A DNA stretch of 64,000 nt, from positions 7,505 to 71,504 of the forward strand of contig CAYLQQ010000004.1 in NCBI GenBank assembly GCA_964386355.1. The letters are read 5' to 3'. Of this stretch, positions 50,561 through 58,919 are shown in pieces. The position numbers and the translations under genes were made by a program. The DNA is from an uncultured Pseudomonadales bacterium (lineage in GTDB: Bacteria; Patescibacteriota; Microgenomatia; UBA1400; UBA1449). The stretch's first letter is position 1, and every line of letters begins with the position of its first letter. The notes below the pieces were generated by a model. The model was not told the DNA's origin. It was given only the letters and a program-made list of their open reading frames with translations, and ran no database searches.

Positions 50561-52810
50561 TTATGCGTGTTTAGCTTTCCAGGTAGCTAAAAACTCATCT
50601 GCATTTTTTATCAATACATCTCTCGGTTTCTGACCGTCTGCCGCAGAGATTACACCCTGCTCATGCAGCTGATCAATAATCCGAGCAGCTCTATTATATC
50701 CAACCTTGAACTTACGCTGTAAAAGTGAAGTTGATGCTTTATCATAACTACATATCAGCTTTACTGTTTCTTCGAATAAATCATCAATATCTTCACTGGT
50801 TTCACCGCTTGCAGCGTCCATGGCAGCTGCACCTTTTTTCCCAACTTTACCTTTAAACTGGGTTGTTACTTCTTCAGTATACTGTACAGGAGCCCCAGTT
50901 TGTTTGAGGAATTCAGTAACTTTTTTTATCTCCTCATCTCCTACAATTGACCCCTGGATACGTCTAGGTTTGGCCTGTTCTGGCGGAATAAATAGCATAT
51001 CTCCTCTACCCATAAGCTTCTCTGCTCCTGGACTGTCAATTATTACACGGGAATCCATCATTGATGAAACTGCAAAAGCCATTCGCGCTGGTATATTTGC
51101 CTTGATTAGTCCTGTAATGACATCCACAGATGGTCGTTGGGTAGCTAAGATCAAATGAATACCGGTTGCCCGTGCCATTTGGGCGAGTCTGCAAATACAA
51201 TCTTCAACCTCAGCCGGAGCATAGAGCATAATATCCGCCAGTTCGTCAATGATGATAATTATGTATGGCATAGCCTGAAAACCTGCCATTTTGTTGTAAC
51301 TTTCTATGTTACGTGCACCTACTTCTGCAAACTGCTTGTAGCGCTCAGTCATGCTGTTGATCGCCCATCGAAGAGCTGAAACGACTTTTTCCGGCTCAAC
51401 AATCACAGGAGTAAGTAAATGAGGAATATTGTTATATCCAGATAGCTCAACCCGCTTGGGATCAACCAAAATAAACCGGACATCGTTTGGTGTGCAGCGC
51501 ATCAGAAGCGACATAATAATCACATTTATAGCAACTGACTTACCTGAACCAGTTTGCCCGGCAATCAACAAATGAGGTAACTTATTGATATCCATCGCGA
51601 CAATTTGATTGTTTACATCCACCCCCAAAGCAATTGCCAGTTTTGATGGATTTTGGCGCATAACAGCATGGGATAGAAGTGTTCGCAATGGCACAGAAGC
51701 TGAGCTTAAATTTGGCACTTCAATACCAACTAAAGATTTACCGGGTATAGGAGCCTCGATCCTAATTTGGCCGGTTTTAGCAGCCAAAGCCAGAGCCAGA
51801 TCATTTGTCAAAGCAGTAATTTTGGAAAGCTTCGTCCCCAGTGCCGGCCTGATAGCATACTGGGTCACGGTCGGACCTGCATGGCACTCTGCCACTTTAA
51901 CTTCGATACCAAAATTTTGGAGTGTGCTCTCAATAACCTGGGCGTTAGCTTTGGTATCACCTGCATCTGCCTTAGAAGTGGCTGCTGCTGACAAAAGCGC
52001 AAGGGGGGGTAATTTCCAGGCTACGTGCACAGGAGCTTTGGGCGTCGTGGATGAAGGTAATAAATTAGCTTGTGAGGACAGTGGTACAGATGGCACAGAA
52101 ATTGTACCCGAAGGTTTTGTTGCTGAATTAATTGAATTTGTGACGGTTGTAGCCATTGTCGCCGCTGATTTTAACAGTGGCGTATTTTGCCAGCTCGTAT
52201 CATCTGTGGCAAAGGTGGCTTTTTTATCACCATGATCAATTTCCTGTCCCTCATCCAAGCTCATCACATCATCAGTCTCTTTCTTGATCCTAATACGGGC
52301 AAAAAAATCAACCACACTACCAAACAAATCACTAAGTGAGAGTTCAAAAAAGACCATGATACCTATGATAAGACCAACCACAAAAACTGCTAGAGCTCCC
52401 AGACCGGAAATAAGAGTTGAAAGCCCAAGCCAAAACTCTCTGCCAATTTCACCTATCCGGAACAAGCTAGTACTACTTAGTACCAAAATCATAGCTCCCA
52501 ATAATAAAGTCGGTCTAGACAGCTTAGCCTTAGGTTTAAACAGCATGTTTCCGGCAAAAAAGAACAAAACCGGTATGACAAACTTTTCGTATCCGAACAG
52601 TCTGGTGTTGATTCGGTTGATTGCATCGAGCCATACCCCATCTGAGAAAAAGGCAAGAATTATTAAAATTGCACTTACGTAAAAAAATAGAGCAGCAATA
52701 GAGCGAACCACTTTTGGATTGATATTGATGTGATCAACGTCTTTACCCTGGCGCGAATACTTGCGCTTTTTGACTTTTGGTTTGTCGGGTTTTTTGTTTT
52801 TCTTGGGCAT
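50561..52810 (-). CDS. ftsK: DNA translocase FtsK/SpoIIIE
   Basis: N-terminal TMs, Walker A GQTGSGKSV, Walker B IIIIDELAD, C-terminal gamma winged-helix domain. Confidence 0.85.
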   Translation of the reverse strand: MPKKNKKPDKPKVKKRKYSRQGKDVDHININPKVVRSIAALFFYVSAILIILAFFSDGVWLDAINRINTRLFGYEKFVIPVLFFFAGNMLFKPKAKLSRPTLLLGAMILVLSSTSLFRIGEIGREFWLGLSTLISGLGALAVFVVGLIIGIMVFFELSLSDLFGSVVDFFARIRIKKETDDVMSLDEGQEIDHGDKKATFATDDTSWQNTPLLKSAATMATTVTNSINSATKPSGTISVPSVPLSSQANLLPSSTTPKAPVHVAWKLPPLALLSAAATSKADAGDTKANAQVIESTLQNFGIEVKVAECHAGPTVTQYAIRPALGTKLSKITALTNDLALALAAKTGQIRIEAPIPGKSLVGIEVPNLSSASVPLRTLLSHAVMRQNPSKLAIALGVDVNNQIVAMDINKLPHLLIAGQTGSGKSVAINVIIMSLLMRCTPNDVRFILVDPKRVELSGYNNIPHLLTPVIVEPEKVVSALRWAINSMTERYKQFAEVGARNIESYNKMAGFQAMPYIIIIIDELADIMLYAPAEVEDCICRLAQMARATGIHLILATQRPSVDVITGLIKANIPARMAFAVSSMMDSRVIIDSPGAEKLMGRGDMLFIPPEQAKPRRIQGSIVGDEEIKKVTEFLKQTGAPVQYTEEVTTQFKGKVGKKGAAAMDAASGETSEDIDDLFEETVKLICSYDKASTSLLQRKFKVGYNRAARIIDQLHEQGVISAADGQKPRDVLIKNADEFLATWKAKHA

Positions 52811-52827
52811 AGGACAGATTTATAGTA

Positions 52828-53178
52828 TTATATCTCTTCCAATTTTACAAAATCGATAACAGGAGATTCATACGGATGGACTTTCCTAATTGAACTAACT
52901 ACATTCTTTGCAGCTTCCTCTGGACATTCCATTTCAATTTGAACCTCAGCTTCCCGCGACATTTTGCCAACTTCGCCAATAGTCGGATTTGAACCCTCTT
53001 CTGATTTCCAGTTTCCGAATCCTTGAGTAATGAATGCAACATGTGAATAATTCTCAATTATGCCTGCTCCAGCGTCTGATGCAGCATTGATCACATCCGT
53101 AATAACTTTCTCATCATTTGGACAAAAAACAAAGAATTTCAGTTTCATAAAAATTAGTTTCCTTTCGCTCAATTGCAA
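52828..53178 (-). CDS. small PII-like/CutA-like fold protein (hypothetical)
   Basis: C-terminal HPYESPVIDF resembles the HPYE(V/E)P motif of CutA/Nif3-insert domains; the true start is probably MKLKFFVF (53148). Confidence 0.3.
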   Translation of the reverse strand: MQLSERKLIFMKLKFFVFCPNDEKVITDVINAASDAGAGIIENYSHVAFITQGFGNWKSEEGSNPTIGEVGKMSREAEVQIEMECPEEAAKNVVSSIRKVHPYESPVIDFVKLEEI

Positions 53179-53508
53179 ACTGCCGTTTTACTCTTCCCTT
53201 TTAAAACATATTCCAGGTATTTGGAGCGAAAAAGCGTAATGAAAGCCCAAACTGACTGAAAGGAATTTGGGAAGCTTCATAGCTTTTGAGCGAACAAATA
53301 CTGGTTATGTTTTAATGGGGTGCCCTTCTTTTCTTTTGAGTATTTCTTTTCTTAGGCACGCAAGAAAAGAAATACGGGGTAGGTATTACTATATTATTCA
53401 CAATACTAATAATGTAATTTCAATCTATTATTTTACCCATTTTCCAAGAGATTACCCATTACTTGGCTTTCAGCCAGGTAAGGGTAATGACAAACCAATG
53501 GAAACTCT

Positions 53509-55164
53509 TTAGCTCCACACAAGAGTAACAAGGATAAGTGGTTCCCTCTGCGTCTGCTCAAAGATAAAATGACTGATCTTTTCGGTCACTTCATCACGAC
53601 TGGCCTTCCAATCACTCACTTTCATCCCAACCGGCAACCACTTGGCAGCTTCATCAGCAATCGAATCTATCAGTTCCTGCGATTTCCGTGCAAATACAAA
53701 ACCGCGAGTAATGACTTCAGGTCTTCCCATTACTTCATTACCATCTTTTTTAGCTGGCACAGCTACTACTATCATACCATTATGGGCCATCTTCTGTCTG
53801 TCCTGTAAAACCACCGGTCCGACGTCCCCAACACCTAAACCATCTACTATTATCGTCTTGAGCTTGATCACGTTGTCCACCCAACCTCCACTACGGTCGA
53901 ACGCAATGATCTGCCCGTCGTCAAGAATATGGATCCGGTCAGCAGGCCAACCCATATCTGAAGCCAGATTTTTGAAGTGCACCATGTGCCGGTAGGTACC
54001 ACCGATAGGAACGATTGATTTGGGGTTAGAAAGTGTGAGCATGAGACGCAACTCATCTGCGCTGGCATGGCCTGACACATGCAGATCATCCTGAATATCA
54101 CTGTATGATACCGTGGCTCCGAGCTTGGACAGGTTATCAATCGTTTTATAGACATTGCCTTCATTGCCTGGAATTGGATCAGCAGAAAAGACCACATGAT
54201 CACCCTCTTTCACACTGACGATAGAGTGTTCATTATTGGCGATCCGGGTAAGCGTTGAGCCTATTTGACCCTGGGAACCAGCTACGATGAGACATAGCTG
54301 TTTATCCGGTACATTTTTAATTCTTTTTTTATTGACGATCACGTTCTCCGGTATGTGTAATAATTCTAATTGTTGGGCGATCTTACAGTTTTCCTCTACA
54401 GAACGGCCGATCAGAACTACTTTTCGGTGATGTAAAATGGCTGCATCGATTGCCTGCTGAATACGATGGATGTTGGAAGACATGGTAGTGATCACTACTT
54501 TACCGGTAACTTCGCGGATCTCCCGTATCAGAGACTCTCCGATCTTGGTTTCTGACCAGCTGTAACCCTCTTTTTCTACCCGGAGACAATCAACCAGCAA
54601 AGCGGTGATGCCTTTGCGGCCGTAGTCAGCGATCTTTTGCACATCAGGCCTGATGTGGTCCACGGGTGTCCAATCGAATTTAAAATCAGAGCCATGGTAA
54701 AAAATCCCATCAGGTGTGGTGATTGCTAAGTGCTTGGTATCAGGTACTGAGTGAGTGACTGTAATCGGGTCAATCATAAAGTTACCCAAACGCAGGGGTT
54801 CTTTGGGAAACACCTTAATTTTCGTCTCGATTCCAAACTCCTCTAAGTTTTCCTGAGCAAAACCGGCAGTCAGAGGACTTGCATAGATAGGAAAATCTGT
54901 ATTAAGTTGCGGTAAAATATAGGGTAGAGCCCCAATATGATCATCATGGCCATGAGTCAACACCATGCCTACGATTGAATCCATTTTGTCTGCTAAATAG
55001 CTAACATCAGGAACCAGAAGATCAGCTCCAAGCATTTCTTCCTCCGGAAATCCCATCCCGCAATCCACTATCAACCGCTCGTCTTTGCCATGACCCAAAG
55101 ATTCATACACATACATGTTTTTAGTTACTTTACCCATACCGCCAAGGGGGACAATGCGCAACAT
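53509..55164 (-). CDS. rnj: ribonuclease J (metallo-beta-lactamase / beta-CASP)
   Basis: THGHDDHIGALPY motif, beta-CASP region, 551 aa. Confidence 0.85.
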   Translation of the reverse strand: MLRIVPLGGMGKVTKNMYVYESLGHGKDERLIVDCGMGFPEEEMLGADLLVPDVSYLADKMDSIVGMVLTHGHDDHIGALPYILPQLNTDFPIYASPLTAGFAQENLEEFGIETKIKVFPKEPLRLGNFMIDPITVTHSVPDTKHLAITTPDGIFYHGSDFKFDWTPVDHIRPDVQKIADYGRKGITALLVDCLRVEKEGYSWSETKIGESLIREIREVTGKVVITTMSSNIHRIQQAIDAAILHHRKVVLIGRSVEENCKIAQQLELLHIPENVIVNKKRIKNVPDKQLCLIVAGSQGQIGSTLTRIANNEHSIVSVKEGDHVVFSADPIPGNEGNVYKTIDNLSKLGATVSYSDIQDDLHVSGHASADELRLMLTLSNPKSIVPIGGTYRHMVHFKNLASDMGWPADRIHILDDGQIIAFDRSGGWVDNVIKLKTIIVDGLGVGDVGPVVLQDRQKMAHNGMIVVAVPAKKDGNEVMGRPEVITRGFVFARKSQELIDSIADEAAKWLPVGMKVSDWKASRDEVTEKISHFIFEQTQREPLILVTLVWS

Positions 55165-55393
55165 ACATAACTCCTTTCATTAATTTGTGACAAATAACAA
55201 GTTACAGGTAACAAGAATATACTTCTTCAGTATTCTTTTCACTCGTAACTTGTCAATATTTACCATCTCTTTTTACCACATTTTGATCACAAGAGAAAGG
55301 AGGGGGAGCAGTATAAGTCTTACCAAACGCTCTTCACTTCTTTATTTTGATCGTGATTTAAACCGATACCATATGTACCCCTAGCAAAAATCT

Positions 55394-56140
55394 ATGAACC
55401 TATTATTACCTCTTACTAGTTTTATCTCTACTATAAAAGCAGTACCTAATTGTGAATTTTCTGATGCTTTACTCATCAAAGAACCGATTAATACAGTTTC
55501 AAACTTATTTTACTTTATGGCTGGCTTTCGCTTGCTTCAAGAATACAGGTACCACAACATCAAGCATCCCTACATCAAACTGCTCATCCTGCTTTCATTT
55601 GCGACGGGACTGGGTAGTACTATCCACCATGCTATTCCAACTGACTTTACGCTATTTATTGACGGAGTTCCAATTTACCTCATCTTATCTATTATTATCT
55701 TTCTCTTTGCCCAATTAATCTTTTCATTATCATTCCGGTTTTCACTCTTCATTGCTTCGTTGTATGCAGTAGTATTGGCTTTAGCTTCTCCTTATCTACC
55801 TATAGAAACTATACCGGCGATGAAGTTTTATTTAGTCCATACTATAGTCTTTATCCCTTTGATATTTGTAAGTTTTGTAAAAAGCGGCCAAACGGCATTT
55901 CAACTTGTCACTTCACTGGGATTATTTTGGATTGGAATGTACTTTTTCTTTTTGGATAAACCGATTTGCAATTTTACTCCCACAGGAACTCACATGCTCT
56001 GGCATTTATTCTCAAGCATGTCGTTTTATTTCTTATCGAGGTTTTTTATTGAGTATTACAGATATAAACAAACACTTGTAACTGAAGAATCAAGAGAGGA
56101 TGTATGTATACATCACAAATTAACTATAAAAAATGTTTAG
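55394..56140 (+). CDS. 7-TM CREST-superfamily hydrolase (alkaline-ceramidase-like)
   Basis: NTVSN motif near TM1, central HH, and HMLWH (HxxWH) near the last TMs. Confidence 0.45.
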   Translation: MNLLLPLTSFISTIKAVPNCEFSDALLIKEPINTVSNLFYFMAGFRLLQEYRYHNIKHPYIKLLILLSFATGLGSTIHHAIPTDFTLFIDGVPIYLILSIIIFLFAQLIFSLSFRFSLFIASLYAVVLALASPYLPIETIPAMKFYLVHTIVFIPLIFVSFVKSGQTAFQLVTSLGLFWIGMYFFFLDKPICNFTPTGTHMLWHLFSSMSFYFLSRFFIEYYRYKQTLVTEESREDVCIHHKLTIKNV

Positions 56141-57210
56141 TAATCCGGCAAAAAGCTTTTGATGTTAGACTCATCAAGGTTAAACTGTTCGCCTTTTCCA
56201 GCAACCACCAGACGGGCAACACGATAAACAATCCCCCGAATAGTCCGCTCGAGAGAACGTATACCTGAATCAAACCCCAAAGGCCTGACAATACTTTCCC
56301 AAGTACCGTCTGCAATCGTGATTTGCCCATTCGCAAGACCTGACTCTACCAGGACTCTTGGCAGGATATACTGTTTTGCAATCACAATTTTTTCCTCATC
56401 AGAATAAGATGGCATTTCGATAACTTCCATACGATCTAGTACTGCTGTAGCTATGTGACGGGTATTGTTGCATGTAGCAATAAATAGGGTATCTGAAAGG
56501 TCAAATGGGTAGTCGATGTAGTGATCTATAAACCGCTCATTTTGGCCAGGATCCAAAAGCTCAACCAATACACCCATAATATCAGCCCTGGCATGTTCTG
56601 ATACGCGGTCAATTTCGTCCAAAAGCATGACCGGATTTCGACTCTTTGCTTGTCTGAGTGCTTTGATTACTCTACCCGGTTCGTTATCTGTATGCAATCT
56701 CGATTGGCCTCTTAAATCCAAAGCAGATCCCATACCTCCAAACGGAATGCGGCAATATGCTCTTCCCATTGATTCAGCCAAAGCTGTACCAAAAGTGGTT
56801 TTACCGGTACCTACCAAACCTACCAGAAGCATAATAGGAGCTCTAGCTACCTGGTTTTTATCACGGTTAAGTTTGAGCACGGACATGTACTCAAGTATCC
56901 GGTTTTTGACCTTTTGCATGCCATAATGATGTTTATCCAGGATCTGTGCAGCCCGGTTGATATCCAGGTTGTCTTCTGTCTGGTAATACCAGGGAAGAGT
57001 AGTAACCCATTCTACATAGTGGGCAATCTTTTCATACTCTTCACTGTATCCACCGTATTTAGCCATGCGTTTGAGCCGTACAAGCATGTCAATGATTTTT
57101 TCTTTCAGTTCTTCTGGTAATTTAGCCTCGTCTACCTTGGACCGCATTTGCTCTACCTCGGCAAACAAATCATCTGATAGATTGGTGGGTGCGTTTTGAT
57201 ATGGATCCAT
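56137..57210 (-). CDS. Lon-derived AAA+ ATPase lacking both the LON N-terminal substrate domain and the protease domain
   Basis: LPEELKEKIIDMLVRLKRM...YVEWVTTLPW...LDKHHYGMQKVKNRILEY matches the Lon pre-AAA helical region; GLVGTGKTT Walker A ...RIPFGGMGSALDLRGQSR...; the ORF ends at 357 aa with no S-K dyad domain. Confidence 0.6.
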   Translation of the reverse strand: MDPYQNAPTNLSDDLFAEVEQMRSKVDEAKLPEELKEKIIDMLVRLKRMAKYGGYSEEYEKIAHYVEWVTTLPWYYQTEDNLDINRAAQILDKHHYGMQKVKNRILEYMSVLKLNRDKNQVARAPIMLLVGLVGTGKTTFGTALAESMGRAYCRIPFGGMGSALDLRGQSRLHTDNEPGRVIKALRQAKSRNPVMLLDEIDRVSEHARADIMGVLVELLDPGQNERFIDHYIDYPFDLSDTLFIATCNNTRHIATAVLDRMEVIEMPSYSDEEKIVIAKQYILPRVLVESGLANGQITIADGTWESIVRPLGFDSGIRSLERTIRGIVYRVARLVVAGKGEQFNLDESNIKSFLPDY

Positions 57211-57234
57211 AGCTACATTGTGGCAGATTTGAAG

Positions 57235-58725
57235 CTAGTTGTTAATCGGTTTTAAAATAACACTGCGGGAATCTTCATATACATGTATCCAACCTAGTCT
57301 AGTTCTCAGGGTTGAAGCCAGTTTTGCATTTCTGGGCATTACTGCATACCCAAAAGTTTGCGTTTCAAATTCTTCCAGAGCCTTTCCGTCTCCTCTGATG
57401 ATTGTTTCGTATGATTGATATGGTAAAAAACCTGTTTTGGGATCTTTCCAGCTTACCATCCGCCCATCGATAAAAACTTTTTCCTCTGGTAATCTCCAGA
57501 TTAAATACCCTCCCCAGTTGTAAAAATTAAACATAGTACCTTCCATAGGATTTGTCCGTAAATATTCCACCATTTGCTCACTACACATGGTATATGGTTG
57601 AGAAAGACAGTACTCATCCCAAGAACCGATCCATGGTTTGTGGGCTTGTATCGACTGCCATGATACAAACAAAGCAAAAAGACTGCCAAATATATAATAG
57701 GCAGGTTTTATGTTTTGTGAAAACTTGTACTCTGAGATGATCTCAACCAACAGCGGAAACGTAACAACGGCCCAAATGCCCTGCATACGCCTGTGTAATA
57801 GTGCTTGTATGCCAAACAGTATTAGAGGCAGTATATACTCTGCTTTTTGTAGTTTTTTATGCTGTATTACATTCCATAGTAACAATGCAGCGTAAAAAAC
57901 TACAGTCCACCAAGTCCAACTGTCTTTCGGCCAGGAAGACCACTCACCTATGCCATCTAACCTCGAACTGAACACATGAACTATGCCTTGAATATGGTTC
58001 TCTATCCCAAACGGAGTTATAAAACTAGCAACAAACGCTATTCCAAGTATTGGCAATAATGTTTTATATACTTCTATTTTTTGCTTAAAAACATACTCAT
58101 CAATTGTCTTACTCAAAGTAATGATAGAAATGTATGTCAGCCCTACTAAGTATTCGCCATGCCAGTTAGACCAAAATAGAAAAAGAATAAAAGTGACAAA
58201 TAGCAAGCTACGCGGAACGTTTTTTAACACGTGCGTCCGTTTGACTATCCATACAGTTAAGACCAATAATACCAAGCTTACTGTCTGGGCACGAAAACCA
58301 TGGTAAAAAACAGTATGGGCTACTATATAAAAAGGAACACATGCAATAATAAACGTACTAAGAGAAGTTTTTACTGATCTAAATAGCAGTATTACCAAAA
58401 CCACTCCAACCAATGCTCCTGCGATAGCTAAACCATAAAATCCAAGAGTGTTAAATAGTTGGTACACCGCCACATCATAAACCCAGGAATCATTTGTCCA
58501 GACAAAGTCGGGCATGATGTAAGAAAAGGTGTTTTCTTTAAGTATTCTTCCTTGTTTGGCAAAGTATTCACCGTATTTGAGGTGCCATCCAAGATCAGTT
58601 GAGTTAGTAGGATAGAGAAAGAGAGAAAAGAGCAGGGTGAGAAGGGATAATAAAAAGAAAAACCTAGCTAATTTCTGTAGTGTCCATTCATGATTGAACA
58701 TTTTTATAAGTACGTCCAGTTTCAT
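57235..58725 (-). CDS. polytopic membrane protein with a C-terminal extracytoplasmic domain (possibly GT-C-fold glycosyltransferase-like)
   Basis: ~11 hydrophobic segments plus a ~140-aa soluble C-terminus; the family assignment is a guess. Confidence 0.3.
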   Translation of the reverse strand: MKLDVLIKMFNHEWTLQKLARFFFLLSLLTLLFSLFLYPTNSTDLGWHLKYGEYFAKQGRILKENTFSYIMPDFVWTNDSWVYDVAVYQLFNTLGFYGLAIAGALVGVVLVILLFRSVKTSLSTFIIACVPFYIVAHTVFYHGFRAQTVSLVLLVLTVWIVKRTHVLKNVPRSLLFVTFILFLFWSNWHGEYLVGLTYISIITLSKTIDEYVFKQKIEVYKTLLPILGIAFVASFITPFGIENHIQGIVHVFSSRLDGIGEWSSWPKDSWTWWTVVFYAALLLWNVIQHKKLQKAEYILPLILFGIQALLHRRMQGIWAVVTFPLLVEIISEYKFSQNIKPAYYIFGSLFALFVSWQSIQAHKPWIGSWDEYCLSQPYTMCSEQMVEYLRTNPMEGTMFNFYNWGGYLIWRLPEEKVFIDGRMVSWKDPKTGFLPYQSYETIIRGDGKALEEFETQTFGYAVMPRNAKLASTLRTRLGWIHVYEDSRSVILKPINN

Positions 58726-58861
58726 GCCTTATAGTACCTTAAAAACTAGTTATTTACACCTATATACATAATTTTCGTACTTATAATAAATAGTTTTTTA
58801 CGGTACTGCATGCAATCCATAAGTATAAAAGGGTTGTATGGCATAAAATATATTTTGGTAT

Positions 58862-58892
58862 CAAAAAGGCGGGACTTGCAGCCCCGCCTTTT
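58862..58892 (-). terminator. bidirectional rho-independent terminator after pnp
   Basis: AAAAA GGCGGG ACTTGCAG CCCCGCC TTTTT. Confidence 0.6.
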
Positions 58893-58919
58893 TACTATCT
58901 CTTATCTAGTTTCCTATTC

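Noticed and set aside
51609-52235. 208-aa plus-strand ORF inside ftsK
   Set aside because: Antisense shadow ORF; Ala/Val-rich as expected from reverse-complemented coding sequence
53179-53508. 330-bp gap before RNase J inspected for tRNA/ncRNA
   Set aside because: Contains a hairpin (TTCTTTTCTT...AAGAAAAGAA) but no acceptor/T-arm pattern; probably a promoter or leader only
56124-56336. 70-aa ORF overlapping the 3' end of the Lon-like ATPase gene and the ceramidase-like gene
   Set aside because: Overlaps two better-supported genes; hydrophobic shadow ORF; not the missing Lon protease domain
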